Below are positions 16,216-35,290 of a stretch of 64,000 bases of DNA, piece by piece (the first letter of the stretch is position 1; the number at the start of each line of letters is the position of its first letter). The notes below the pieces were generated by a model that had not been told where the DNA came from, made no database searches, and was given only the letters and a program-made list of their open reading frames with translations. The position numbers and the translations under genes were made by a program. The stretch lies in NCBI RefSeq assembly GCF_036588685.1, contig NC_086378.1, positions 33,666,001-33,730,000 of the forward strand, in the 5' to 3' direction. Source of the DNA: Mytilus trossulus (taxonomy: Eukaryota).

Positions 16216-17932
16216 CTATTTGTGGTGATTAGTTAAATAATACTTTCCGTCTAACAGCGACTCTTTATATATCACCAACGCGGCCGTAAAAGAAGTATCA
16301 CACATTTTCAGTTAACTGTTGTCTGATTGGCTTACGTTGTTTTATTCCGGGAGGTAACTCTGTACTGCCTTAAACTGTGTACACTTTCAATCCACTTTTT
16401 CATTCTAGGTCTGAAAAATATAATAATTCATATCAGACAGTAAATTTTTAAGAAAAAACTATTATTTCAATCGGAATAAAAATGACTGAAGGAGACAAAA
16501 AAAGTTCCAAAATGTTGAAAAGTTTTCATTTTAAGATAGAATAGTATGATAAATAAATGATAAATGAAAATCACTTTAGACAGTCAAAATTATAAAGATA
16601 ATTATTTGCTTTCTCTGAACAGACATTTTCATTCAATGACAATACACATTTCAACTTAATGGAATGGAATTTAGTTGGGGAAAAAATAAACCTCACAGAC
16701 ATATCTAGGAATACTGGTTATCTATTTGTCTATTTGATGTATCCAGAAATTGGATACATCACAGGATTTTACATGCTTGCAGTTTTCTACCTGTCTTTCA
16801 TAACTCAACATCATCTGTCAAAGCTGTGCTTGCCATCCATCAACGATCTGCTGCAGGTACTTCAGATCATAAATGGGAGAATGTATGAATAAAACTGTTA
16901 CTGTTATTACTATTAAAGATTTTTTTTTCTAGGTATTACAGTGAAGAAAAGAGATGCCCCTGACTGCGGGTAAAACTTCTTATGTGTGCATCTTCCTTTC
17001 AATTTTATTTTTAAACGCCATTCTATATTTATCCACAGTATGACGATGACAATTTCATCAGCCAATCCAATAAAAATGTTAATGCGCACACATGTACTTA
17101 CTATTCTGAAGACTTCTTTTAGCCAGAAAAGTTTATAATAAGTCTGAAAACCACTTTTTATCATATAAAAAAGCTTATAAGTGCAAGATATATGCTTACA
17201 TGGACTTCCTACATTGAAATTTTGTGGGGACTACTTGGACCCGTACCGAAATTATATTAATTTAAATAGAAATTTCATGATTTTGTTAACTAGCAGCAAG
17301 ACAAGACTCTAAAGTGGACAAAATATATTACTACATACATGATAAAAAAATTCTTTACAATTCTGACTGAAAAAGAGCTCTAAATTTTTGATAAAAGTAC
17401 CCTGTAATATCAGCTTTTCTAAAAGAAATATTCAAATTAATGAATTATACAAGATATTTAAACTCTAACTTAAAAAAAAAGGTTATATTTTGGCCAGTTG
17501 GTGGTTCTCTTTCTTTGGTCTAGACTACTGGTGTAAATAATACATCAAAAGAAGACAAGACAAAACAAGCGAAGAAAAGAAAAGAACAGAAGTACAGATA
17601 GAAACATTTATATGTTGATCTTTTTTTATATAATGTACTATTTAATATTCTACACACAAGGACATACATGTACCATGATAAACAAACACCCCCCTTTTTT
17701 TTGTGATGAGACTTGTGTGTATATATATATCATAAAATTTATTTTTTGTCTATGTATTGCTTTGCATATAGATGGATTCAACAAGAAGAAATAAAAGAGA
17801 GAGAGAGAGATGGGGAAAAGAGGGGTTCGGCTATGTTTCTAATTTTCATGTACAACAATTTATAGATTCTTTTTGAAAAATATTGGTGGCCCTGAAAAGG
17901 GCCGTTATGTTTTGGTGAAAAAATCACACTTC

Positions 17933-18448
<516 letters not shown>

Positions 18449-19629
18449 TCACCACTTACATAAAGCTGGCGTTGATTGGTCCGCATATCTTAAATCTGAT
18501 TGGACTGATTTGTAAGGGACTTTGACAGTTTTCAATCCATTTTTTACTGAAAAACTGCTCAACCCAAGCTGACAGTAAAAATGCCCCCTTTTTTCATTCA
18601 TAATTACAGTTTCTGATCATCCCTCATAGCTCAACAATAGTAAATTAGTGTCACGGTTTCAATATGATAAATCTGAAGAAGAAAAATAATAATAATGAAA
18701 AAAGGTCAAAATACATGCAGAAACATTAAGGAAAGGAACGAAAAATAAAAACAGGAAAAAATAAAAATAAAATGCAGTTATAACACAAACAAAGCGAAAT
18801 AAAAATAAAAAAACAGAAACAAATGGAATTACACATTCCCGACATGACATTGTGCGGATCGGCTGAGTTTCTTTATTGTTGTATTATGTCATATTTATGT
18901 ATATTTAATATAAAAAAAGAAGATGTGGTATGATTTTCATTTGGGCTGGGCACATTTGTCACATTGTCTGATTGTCGGTGTGCTTACATCAATTCCACAT
19001 CTTTAATACACAAACAATAACTAAATAAAGACAGAAAGACAGAGAGAGAGATGCTGAAAAAAATGGAAAAAGGAAAAGAATGGAAAGTACATATCATATA
19101 TAAAAGTGTTGACGAAAGAGATAATGTTAACAAAAACTATAAATAATTATAATAATAAAAAAAAACCACACACCTTCTCAGATGAATCTAAGCATGCTCG
19201 CATCAATAACCAAGAGAGAGAAAGAAGAGAGCAGACTAGTATTAAATATAAATACTATCAGTGGTTTTTTTTCCCCCCGACAAACATTATATGATTTAAC
19301 TGAGCTACTTGTGGGTTCAAAGAGTCAGAAAGTACGACAATAAATGTTCTGATGAAGAAGACTGAAAAAGTTACTAGACTTAGTGTTATGCTATAAGAAC
19401 TGTACTTAAATGGGATGCGTTAGAGAGAGAAGAAAAGAAGAATCACGGAAGAAGGGACATTTATATTTTAGACATTTTTTATTTGTTATGTAGTAGAATA
19501 TATTTTTTTCAATTATGTATGGGGAATAAAGTATTACTAAGATGTACAACAATTTTAGACTCTTTTTGAAAAATATTGGTGGCCCTGAAAAGGGCCGTTG
19601 TTAAGTGAGTAATCCGATATATCCACTTT

Positions 19630-20013
<384 letters not shown>

Positions 20014-20283
20014 CTATTTGGTTGATCGACACTGAGTAAAGTGATACAATTTTTCTTCAAAATTTAGCTTATATACCCACTAAACGGATTGAACGATGTT
20101 TTTATTATACACCAATCAGAACGAAGCTCTCTGCGAGCAGTTAGGCTACCGAACATTCAACATGTTATGGGTGCTCTCTCCGAGGTTCGCGTTTAATAAA
20201 ATCTTTCAATCCGTTTTGCCCAGTATATAAACAAATTGAAAATAATTTTTCACCATTACTTATTTGATTATCAAACCAGTAAC

Positions 20284-20658
20284 ATGCCACCCAAAGTAGG
20301 AACTAAAGGAGCCAAGAAGGCCGTCACCAAGGCAAAGACTGCCAGACCCGGCGGTGATAAGAAAAGGAGGAGGAAGAGACGTGAATCCTATGCTATCTAC
20401 ATCTACAAAGTCTTGAGACAAGTTCACCCCGACACCGGAGTGTCCTCAAAGGCAATGTCCATCATGAACAGCTTCGTCAACGATATCTTCGAGAGAATCG
20501 CAGCAGAGGCTTCCCGATTGGCACACTACAACAAAAGATCTACCATCACATCCCGGGAGATCCAGACCGCTGTCCGTCTTCTCTTACCCGGAGAATTGGC
20601 CAAGCACGCTGTCAGTGAAGGTACCAAAGCCGTCACTAAATACACCAGCAGCAAGTAA
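20284..20658 (+). CDS. H2B: Histone H2B
   Basis: Identical H2B ORF. Confidence 0.98.
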   Translation: MPPKVGTKGAKKAVTKAKTARPGGDKKRRRKRRESYAIYIYKVLRQVHPDTGVSSKAMSIMNSFVNDIFERIAAEASRLAHYNKRSTITSREIQTAVRLLLPGELAKHAVSEGTKAVTKYTSSK

Positions 20659-21512
20659 ACAGTCTGAAGTTTATAACTTCACAAACGGCCCTTTTCAGGG
20701 CCACCAACATTTTTCAAAAAGAATTTACATTTGTTGTACATCAATGTCAAACTTCTAAACAAAGCTATAAATCCCAACCCCAGCTATAACCACTTTCAAA
20801 CTATTTCAATAGTATATGGTTACTTTTCTCTTCTTTCTATCTGTATAACAAATATACGTGTATTTCACTCATTCTGTAGCATTTAATTTGTCTGTCAAAA
20901 CTACAAAGCGTAAATACATAAATCATGAAGAACAAAACAGTGCTTTCATTCCAATTAATAGAGTTGATAAATTTACGATTTCTTTTGCTTTTCGAGAGAA
21001 AAAAAATATTGCGAGAATTATTTTACACGGAAACAAGAACATTACCTAATCTTAAACCACGCAAAAAAAACCTCTATAATTGAATATAACAGAATCTACA
21101 GATTTTGTGTGTAAAAGTCCGTGCATTTTGTTTTGAAATTTTCTCTCTTCATGTAGGCAAATGCACGGACTTGATCTTTGAACGTATTCATAAACCTTCA
21201 GAAATATAAATTCTCAAATAAATACAAGAGTAAGAGTAAGGAAGTTAATTAAAAAGAAAGCCAGATATTTAAAAAAAAAAAGGGGGGGGGGGGGGGTATA
21301 TAACGAGAGAGAGAAAATAGTTGCGGATCAGGATCAGGGAAAACAAGAAAAACGGTTGAAAAATTCATGAACATTAGAGAAAAGAATAGAAGTGGGAGCA
21401 AGCTTTGATTTCAAGATTTTGTTTAAAACGATGTACAACAAATCTAAGATTCTTTTTGAAAAATGTTGGTGGCCCTGAAAAGGGCCGTTGTTGATATTAG
21501 CTGGGTGGCTGT

Positions 21513-21830
<318 letters not shown>

Positions 21831-23548
21831 CTATTTGTGGTGATTAGTTAAATAATACTTTCCGTCTAACAGCGACTCTTTATATATCACCAACGCGGCC
21901 GTAAAAGAAGTATCACACATTTTCAGTTAACTGTTGTCTGATTGGCTTACGTTGTTTTATTCCGGGAGGTAACTCTGTACTGCCTTAAACTGTGTACACT
22001 TTCAATCCACTTTTTCATTCTAGGTCTGAAAAATATAATAATTCATATCAGACAGTAAATTTTTAAGAAAAAACTATTATTTCAATCGGAATAAAAATGA
22101 CTGAAGGAGACAAAAAAAGTTCCAAAATGTTGAAAAGTTTTCATTTTAAGATAGAATAGTATGATAAATAAATGATAAATGAAAATCACTTTAGACAGTC
22201 AAAATTATAAAGATAATTATTTGCTTTCTCTGAACAGACATTTTCATTCAATGACAATACACATTTCAACTTAATGGAATGGAATTTAGTTGGGGAAAAA
22301 ATAAACCTCACAGACATATCTAGGAATACTGGTTATCTATTTGTCTATTTGATGTATCCAGAAATTGGATACATCACAGGATTTTACATGCTTGCAGTTT
22401 TCTACCTGTCTTTCATAACTCAACATCATCTGTCAAAGCTGTGCTTGCCATCCATCAACGATCTGCTGCAGGTACTTCAGATCATAAATGGGAGAATGTA
22501 TGAATAAAACTGTTACTGTTATTACTATTAAAGATTTTTTTTTCTAGGTATTACAGTGAAGAAAAGAGATGCCCCTGACTGCGGGTAAAACTTCTTATGT
22601 GTGCATCTTCCTTTCAATTTTATTTTTAAACGCCATTCTATATTTATCCACAGTATGACGATGACAATTTCATCAGCCAATCCAATAAAAATGTTAATGC
22701 GCACACATGTACTTACTATTCTGAAGACTTCTTTTAGCCAGAAAAGTTTATAATAAGTCTGAAAACCACTTTTTATCATATAAAAAAGCTTATAAGTGCA
22801 AGATATATGCTTACATGGACTTCCTACATTGAAATTTTGTGGGGACTACTTGGACCCGTACCGAAATTATATTAATTTAAATAGAAATTTCATGATTTTG
22901 TTAACTAGCAGCAAGACAAGACTCTAAAGTGGACAAAATATATTACTACATACATGATAAAAAAATTCTTTACAATTCTGACTGAAAAAGAGCTCTAAAT
23001 TTTTGATAAAAGTACCCTGTAATATCAGCTTTTCTAAAAGAAATATTCAAATTAATGAATTATACAAGATATTTAAACTCTAACTTAAAAAAAAAGGTTA
23101 TATTTTGGCCAGTTGGTGGTTCTCTTTCTTTGGTCTAGACTACTGGTGTAAATAATACATCAAAAGAAGACAAGACAAAACAAGCGAAGAAAAGAAAAGA
23201 ACAGAAGTACAGATAGAAACATTTATATGTTGATCTTTTTTTATATAATGTACTATTTAATATTCTACACACAAGGACATACATGTACCATGATAAACAA
23301 ACACCCCCCCTTTTTTTTGTGATGAGACTTGTGTGTATATATATATCATAAAATTTATTTTTTGTCTATGTATTGCTTTGCATATAGATGGATTCAACAA
23401 GAAGAAATAAAAGAGAGAGAGAGAGATGGGGAAAAGAGGGGTTCGGCTATGTTTCTAATTTTCATGTACAACAATTTATAGATTCTTTTTGAAAAATATT
23501 GGTGGCCCTGAAAAGGGCCGTTATGTTTTGGTGAAAAAATCACACTTC

Positions 23549-24064
<516 letters not shown>

Positions 24065-25245
24065 TCACCACTTACATAAAGCTGGCGTTGATTGGTCCGC
24101 ATATCTTAAATCTGATTGGACTGATTTGTAAGGGACTTTGACAGTTTTCAATCCATTTTTTACTGAAAAACTGCTCAACCCAAGCTGACAGTAAAAATGC
24201 CCCCTTTTTTCATTCATAATTACAGTTTCTGATCATCCCTCATAGCTCAACAATAGTAAATTAGTGTCACGGTTTCAATATGATAAATCTGAAGAAGAAA
24301 AATAATAATAATGAAAAAAGGTCAAAATACATGCAGAAACATTAAGGAAAGGAACGAAAAATAAAAACAGGAAAAAATAAAAATAAAATGCAGTTATAAC
24401 ACAAACAAAGCGAAATAAAAATAAAAAAACAGAAACAAATGGAATTACACATTCCCGACATGACATTGTGCGGATCGGCTGAGTTTCTTTATTGTTGTAT
24501 TATGTCATATTTATGTATATTTAATATAAAAAAAGAAGATGTGGTATGATTTTCATTTGGGCTGGGCACATTTGTCACATTGTCTGATTGTCGGTGTGCT
24601 TACATCAATTCCACATCTTTAATACACAAACAATAACTAAATAAAGACAGAAAGACAGAGAGAGAGATGCTGAAAAAAATGGAAAAAGGAAAAGAATGGA
24701 AAGTACATATCATATATAAAAGTGTTGACGAAAGAGATAATGTTAACAAAAACTATAAATAATTATAATAATAAAAAAAAACCACACACCTTCTCAGATG
24801 AATCTAAGCATGCTCGCATCAATAACCAAGAGAGAGAAAGAAGAGAGCAGACTAGTATTAAATATAAATACTATCAGTGGTTTTTTTTCCCCCCGACAAA
24901 CATTATATGATTTAACTGAGCTACTTGTGGGTTCAAAGAGTCAGAAAGTACGACAATAAATGTTCTGATGAAGAAGACTGAAAAAGTTACTAGACTTAGT
25001 GTTATGCTATAAGAACTGTACTTAAATGGGATGCGTTAGAGAGAGAAGAAAAGAAGAATCACGGAAGAAGGGACATTTATATTTTAGACATTTTTTATTT
25101 GTTATGTAGTAGAATATATTTTTTTCAATTATGTATGGGGAATAAAGTATTACTAAGATGTACAACAATTTTAGACTCTTTTTGAAAAATATTGGTGGCC
25201 CTGAAAAGGGCCGTTGTTAAGTGAGTAATCCGATATATCCACTTT

Positions 25246-25629
<384 letters not shown>

Positions 25630-25899
25630 CTATTTGGTTGATCGACACTGAGTAAAGTGATACAATTTTTCTTCAAAATTTAGCTTATATACCCACTAAA
25701 CGGATTGAACGATGTTTTTATTATACACCAATCAGAACGAAGCTCTCTGCGAGCAGTTAGGCTACCGAACATTCAACATGTTATGGGTGCTCTCTCCGAG
25801 GTTCGCGTTTAATAAAATCTTTCAATCCGTTTTGCCCAGTATATAAACAAATTGAAAATAATTTTTCACCATTACTTATTTGATTATCAAACCAGTAAC

Positions 25900-26274
25900 A
25901 TGCCACCCAAAGTAGGAACTAAAGGAGCCAAGAAGGCCGTCACCAAGGCAAAGACTGCCAGACCCGGCGGTGATAAGAAAAGGAGGAGGAAGAGACGTGA
26001 ATCCTATGCTATCTACATCTACAAAGTCTTGAGACAAGTTCACCCCGACACCGGAGTGTCCTCAAAGGCAATGTCCATCATGAACAGCTTCGTCAACGAT
26101 ATCTTCGAGAGAATCGCAGCAGAGGCTTCCCGATTGGCACACTACAACAAAAGATCTACCATCACATCCCGGGAGATCCAGACCGCTGTCCGTCTTCTCT
26201 TACCCGGAGAATTGGCCAAGCACGCTGTCAGTGAAGGTACCAAAGCCGTCACTAAATACACCAGCAGCAAGTAA
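25900..26274 (+). CDS. H2B: Histone H2B
   Basis: Identical H2B ORF. Confidence 0.98.
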   Translation: MPPKVGTKGAKKAVTKAKTARPGGDKKRRRKRRESYAIYIYKVLRQVHPDTGVSSKAMSIMNSFVNDIFERIAAEASRLAHYNKRSTITSREIQTAVRLLLPGELAKHAVSEGTKAVTKYTSSK

Positions 26275-27126
26275 ACAGTCTGAAGTTTATAACTTCACAA
26301 ACGGCCCTTTTCAGGGCCACCAACATTTTTCAAAAAGAATTTACATTTGTTGTACATCAATGTCAAACTTCTAAACAAAGCTATAAATCCCAACCCCAGC
26401 TATAACCACTTTCAAACTATTTCAATAGTATATGGTTACTTTTCTCTTCTTTCTATCTGTATAACAAATATACGTGTATTTCACTCATTCTGTAGCATTT
26501 AATTTGTCTGTCAAAACTACAAAGCGTAAATACATAAATCATGAAGAACAAAACAGTGCTTTCATTCCAATTAATAGAGTTGATAAATTTACGATTTCTT
26601 TTGCTTTTCGAGAGAAAAAAAATATTGCGAGAATTATTTTACACGGAAACAAGAACATTACCTAATCTTAAACCACGCAAAAAAAACCTCTATAATTGAA
26701 TATAACAGAATCTACAGATTTTGTGTGTAAAAGTCCGTGCATTTTGTTTTGAAATTTTCTCTCTTCATGTAGGCAAATGCACGGACTTGATCTTTGAACG
26801 TATTCATAAACCTTCAGAAATATAAATTCTCAAATAAATACAAGAGTAAGAGTAAGGAAGTTAATTAAAAAGAAAGCCAGATATTTAAAAAAAAAAAAGG
26901 GGGGGGGGGGGGGGTATAACGAGAGAGAGAAAATAGTTGCGGATCAGGATCAGGGAAAACAAGAAAAACGGTTGAAAAATTCATGAACATTAGAGAAAAG
27001 AATAGAAGTGGGAGCAAGCTTTGATTTCAAGATTTTGTTTAAAACTGTACAACAAATCTAAGATTCTTTTTGAAAAATGTTGGTGGCCCTGAAAAGGGCC
27101 GTTGTTGATATTAGCTGGGTGGCTGT

Positions 27127-27444
<318 letters not shown>

Positions 27445-29161
27445 CTATTTGTGGTGATTAGTTAAATAATACTTTCCGTCTAACAGCGACTCTTTATATA
27501 TCACCAACGCGGCCGTAAAAGAAGTATCACACATTTTCAGTTAACTGTTGTCTGATTGGCTTACGTTGTTTTATTCCGGGAGGTAACTCTGTACTGCCTT
27601 AAACTGTGTACACTTTCAATCCACTTTTTCATTCTAGGTCTGAAAAATATAATAATTCATATCAGACAGTAAATTTTTAAGAAAAAACTATTATTTCAAT
27701 CGGAATAAAAATGACTGAAGGAGACAAAAAAAGTTCCAAAATGTTGAAAAGTTTTCATTTTAAGATAGAATAGTATGATAAATAAATGATAAATGAAAAT
27801 CACTTTAGACAGTCAAAATTATAAAGATAATTATTTGCTTTCTCTGAACAGACATTTTCATTCAATGACAATACACATTTCAACTTAATGGAATGGAATT
27901 TAGTTGGGGAAAAAATAAACCTCACAGACATATCTAGGAATACTGGTTATCTATTTGTCTATTTGATGTATCCAGAAATTGGATACATCACAGGATTTTA
28001 CATGCTTGCAGTTTTCTACCTGTCTTTCATAACTCAACATCATCTGTCAAAGCTGTGCTTGCCATCCATCAACGATCTGCTGCAGGTACTTCAGATCATA
28101 AATGGGAGAATGTATGAATAAAACTGTTACTGTTATTACTATTAAAGATTTTTTTTTCTAGGTATTACAGTGAAGAAAAGAGATGCCCCTGACTGCGGGT
28201 AAAACTTCTTATGTGTGCATCTTCCTTTCAATTTTATTTTTAAACGCCATTCTATATTTATCCACAGTATGACGATGACAATTTCATCAGCCAATCCAAT
28301 AAAAATGTTAATGCGCACACATGTACTTACTATTCTGAAGACTTCTTTTAGCCAGAAAAGTTTATAATAAGTCTGAAAACCACTTTTTATCATATAAAAA
28401 AGCTTATAAGTGCAAGATATATGCTTACATGGACTTCCTACATTGAAATTTTGTGGGGACTACTTGGACCCGTACCGAAATTATATTAATTTAAATAGAA
28501 ATTTCATGATTTTGTTAACTAGCAGCAAGACAAGACTCTAAAGTGGACAAAATATATTACTACATACATGATAAAAAAATTCTTTACAATTCTGACTGAA
28601 AAAGAGCTCTAAATTTTTGATAAAAGTACCCTGTAATATCAGCTTTTCTAAAAGAAATATTCAAATTAATGAATTATACAAGATATTTAAACTCTAACTT
28701 AAAAAAAAAGGTTATATTTTGGCCAGTTGGTGGTTCTCTTTCTTTGGTCTAGACTACTGGTGTAAATAATACATCAAAAGAAGACAAGACAAAACAAGCG
28801 AAGAAAAGAAAAGAACAGAAGTACAGATAGAAACATTTATATGTTGATCTTTTTTTATATAATGTACTATTTAATATTCTACACACAAGGACATACATGT
28901 ACCATGATAAACAAACACCCCCCTTTTTTTTGTGATGAGACTTGTGTGTATATATATATCATAAAATTTATTTTTTGTCTATGTATTGCTTTGCATATAG
29001 ATGGATTCAACAAGAAGAAATAAAAGAGAGAGAGAGAGATGGGGAAAAGAGGGGTTCGGCTATGTTTCTAATTTTCATGTACAACAATTTATAGATTCTT
29101 TTTGAAAAATATTGGTGGCCCTGAAAAGGGCCGTTATGTTTTGGTGAAAAAATCACACTTC

Positions 29162-29677
<516 letters not shown>

Positions 29678-30858
29678 TCACCACTTACATAAAGCTGGCG
29701 TTGATTGGTCCGCATATCTTAAATCTGATTGGACTGATTTGTAAGGGACTTTGACAGTTTTCAATCCATTTTTTACTGAAAAACTGCTCAACCCAAGCTG
29801 ACAGTAAAAATGCCCCCTTTTTTCATTCATAATTACAGTTTCTGATCATCCCTCATAGCTCAACAATAGTAAATTAGTGTCACGGTTTCAATATGATAAA
29901 TCTGAAGAAGAAAAATAATAATAATGAAAAAAGGTCAAAATACATGCAGAAACATTAAGGAAAGGAACGAAAAATAAAAACAGGAAAAAATAAAAATAAA
30001 ATGCAGTTATAACACAAACAAAGCGAAATAAAAATAAAAAAACAGAAACAAATGGAATTACACATTCCCGACATGACATTGTGCGGATCGGCTGAGTTTC
30101 TTTATTGTTGTATTATGTCATATTTATGTATATTTAATATAAAAAAAGAAGATGTGGTATGATTTTCATTTGGGCTGGGCACATTTGTCACATTGTCTGA
30201 TTGTCGGTGTGCTTACATCAATTCCACATCTTTAATACACAAACAATAACTAAATAAAGACAGAAAGACAGAGAGAGAGATGCTGAAAAAAATGGAAAAA
30301 GGAAAAGAATGGAAAGTACATATCATATATAAAAGTGTTGACGAAAGAGATAATGTTAACAAAAACTATAAATAATTATAATAATAAAAAAAAACCACAC
30401 ACCTTCTCAGATGAATCTAAGCATGCTCGCATCAATAACCAAGAGAGAGAAAGAAGAGAGCAGACTAGTATTAAATATAAATACTATCAGTGGTTTTTTT
30501 TCCCCCCGACAAACATTATATGATTTAACTGAGCTACTTGTGGGTTCAAAGAGTCAGAAAGTACGACAATAAATGTTCTGATGAAGAAGACTGAAAAAGT
30601 TACTAGACTTAGTGTTATGCTATAAGAACTGTACTTAAATGGGATGCGTTAGAGAGAGAAGAAAAGAAGAATCACGGAAGAAGGGACATTTATATTTTAG
30701 ACATTTTTTATTTGTTATGTAGTAGAATATATTTTTTTCAATTATGTATGGGGAATAAAGTATTACTAAGATGTACAACAATTTTAGACTCTTTTTGAAA
30801 AATATTGGTGGCCCTGAAAAGGGCCGTTGTTAAGTGAGTAATCCGATATATCCACTTT

Positions 30859-31242
<384 letters not shown>

Positions 31243-31512
31243 CTATTTGGTTGATCGACACTGAGTAAAGTGATACAATTTTTCTTCAAAATTTAGCTTA
31301 TATACCCACTAAACGGATTGAACGATGTTTTTATTATACACCAATCAGAACGAAGCTCTCTGCGAGCAGTTAGGCTACCGAACATTCAACATGTTATGGG
31401 TGCTCTCTCCGAGGTTCGCGTTTAATAAAATCTTTCAATCCGTTTTGCCCAGTATATAAACAAATTGAAAATAATTTTTCACCATTACTTATTTGATTAT
31501 CAAACCAGTAAC

Positions 31513-31887
31513 ATGCCACCCAAAGTAGGAACTAAAGGAGCCAAGAAGGCCGTCACCAAGGCAAAGACTGCCAGACCCGGCGGTGATAAGAAAAGGAGGA
31601 GGAAGAGACGTGAATCCTATGCTATCTACATCTACAAAGTCTTGAGACAAGTTCACCCCGACACCGGAGTGTCCTCAAAGGCAATGTCCATCATGAACAG
31701 CTTCGTCAACGATATCTTCGAGAGAATCGCAGCAGAGGCTTCCCGATTGGCACACTACAACAAAAGATCTACCATCACATCCCGGGAGATCCAGACCGCT
31801 GTCCGTCTTCTCTTACCCGGAGAATTGGCCAAGCACGCTGTCAGTGAAGGTACCAAAGCCGTCACTAAATACACCAGCAGCAAGTAA
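31513..31887 (+). CDS. H2B: Histone H2B
   Basis: Identical H2B ORF. Confidence 0.98.
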   Translation: MPPKVGTKGAKKAVTKAKTARPGGDKKRRRKRRESYAIYIYKVLRQVHPDTGVSSKAMSIMNSFVNDIFERIAAEASRLAHYNKRSTITSREIQTAVRLLLPGELAKHAVSEGTKAVTKYTSSK

Positions 31888-32740
31888 ACAGTCTGAAGTT
31901 TATAACTTCACAAACGGCCCTTTTCAGGGCCACCAACATTTTTCAAAAAGAATTTACATTTGTTGTACATCAATGTCAAACTTCTAAACAAAGCTATAAA
32001 TCCCAACCCCAGCTATAACCACTTTCAAACTATTTCAATAGTATATGGTTACTTTTCTCTTCTTTCTATCTGTATAACAAATATACGTGTATTTCACTCA
32101 TTCTGTAGCATTTAATTTGTCTGTCAAAACTACAAAGCGTAAATACATAAATCATGAAGAACAAAACAGTGCTTTCATTCCAATTAATAGAGTTGATAAA
32201 TTTACGATTTCTTTTGCTTTTCGAGAGAAAAAAAATATTGCGAGAATTATTTTACACGGAAACAAGAACATTACCTAATCTTAAACCACGCAAAAAAAAC
32301 CTCTATAATTGAATATAACAGAATCTACAGATTTTGTGTGTAAAAGTCCGTGCATTTTGTTTTGAAATTTTCTCTCTTCATGTAGGCAAATGCACGGACT
32401 TGATCTTTGAACGTATTCATAAACCTTCAGAAATATAAATTCTCAAATAAATACAAGAGTAAGAGTAAGGAAGTTAATTAAAAAGAAAGCCAGATATTTA
32501 AAAAAAAAAAGGGGGGGGGGGGGGGGTATAACGAGAGAGAGAAAATAGTTGCGGATCAGGATCAGGGAAAACAAGAAAAACGGTTGAAAAATTCATGAAC
32601 ATTAGAGAAAAGAATAGAAGTGGGAGCAAGCTTTGATTTCAAGATTTTGTTTAAAACGATGTACAACAAATCTAAGATTCTTTTTGAAAAATGTTGGTGG
32701 CCCTGAAAAGGGCCGTTGTTGATATTAGCTGGGTGGCTGT

Positions 32741-33058
<318 letters not shown>

Positions 33059-34774
33059 CTATTTGTGGTGATTAGTTAAATAATACTTTCCGTCTAACAG
33101 CGACTCTTTATATATCACCAACGCGGCCGTAAAAGAAGTATCACACATTTTCAGTTAACTGTTGTCTGATTGGCTTACGTTGTTTTATTCCGGGAGGTAA
33201 CTCTGTACTGCCTTAAACTGTGTACACTTTCAATCCACTTTTTCATTCTAGGTCTGAAAAATATAATAATTCATATCAGACAGTAAATTTTTAAGAAAAA
33301 ACTATTATTTCAATCGGAATAAAAATGACTGAAGGAGACAAAAAAAGTTCCAAAATGTTGAAAAGTTTTCATTTTAAGATAGAATAGTATGATAAATAAA
33401 TGATAAATGAAAATCACTTTAGACAGTCAAAATTATAAAGATAATTATTTGCTTTCTCTGAACAGACATTTTCATTCAATGACAATACACATTTCAACTT
33501 AATGGAATGGAATTTAGTTGGGGAAAAAATAAACCTCACAGACATATCTAGGAATACTGGTTATCTATTTGTCTATTTGATGTATCCAGAAATTGGATAC
33601 ATCACAGGATTTTACATGCTTGCAGTTTTCTACCTGTCTTTCATAACTCAACATCATCTGTCAAAGCTGTGCTTGCCATCATCAACGATCTGCTGCAGGT
33701 ACTTCAGATCATAAATGGGAGAATGTATGAATAAAACTGTTACTGTTATTACTATTAAAGATTTTTTTTTCTAGGTATTACAGTGAAGAAAAGAGATGCC
33801 CCTGACTGCGGGTAAAACTTCTTATGTGTGCATCTTCCTTTCAATTTTATTTTTAAACGCCATTCTATATTTATCCACAGTATGACGATGACAATTTCAT
33901 CAGCCAATCCAATAAAAATGTTAATGCGCACACATGTACTTACTATTCTGAAGACTTCTTTTAGCCAGAAAAGTTTATAATAAGTCTGAAAACCACTTTT
34001 TATCATATAAAAAAGCTTATAAGTGCAAGATATATGCTTACATGGACTTCCTACATTGAAATTTTGTGGGGACTACTTGGACCCGTACCGAAATTATATT
34101 AATTTAAATAGAAATTTCATGATTTTGTTAACTAGCAGCAAGACAAGACTCTAAAGTGGACAAAATATATTACTACATACATGATAAAAAAATTCTTTAC
34201 AATTCTGACTGAAAAAGAGCTCTAAATTTTTGATAAAAGTACCCTGTAATATCAGCTTTTCTAAAAGAAATATTCAAATTAATGAATTATACAAGATATT
34301 TAAACTCTAACTTAAAAAAAAAGGTTATATTTTGGCCAGTTGGTGGTTCTCTTTCTTTGGTCTAGACTACTGGTGTAAATAATACATCAAAAGAAGACAA
34401 GACAAAACAAGCGAAGAAAAGAAAAGAACAGAAGTACAGATAGAAACATTTATATGTTGATCTTTTTTTATATAATGTACTATTTAATATTCTACACACA
34501 AGGACATACATGTACCATGATAAACAAACACCCCCCTTTTTTTTGTGATGAGACTTGTGTGTATATATATATCATAAAATTTATTTTTTGTCTATGTATT
34601 GCTTTGCATATAGATGGATTCAACAAGAAGAAATAAAAGAGAGAGAGAGAGATGGGGAAAAGAGGGGTTCGGCTATGTTTCTAATTTTCATGTACAACAA
34701 TTTATAGATTCTTTTTGAAAAATATTGGTGGCCCTGAAAAGGGCCGTTATGTTTTGGTGAAAAAATCACACTTC

Positions 34775-35290
<516 letters not shown>

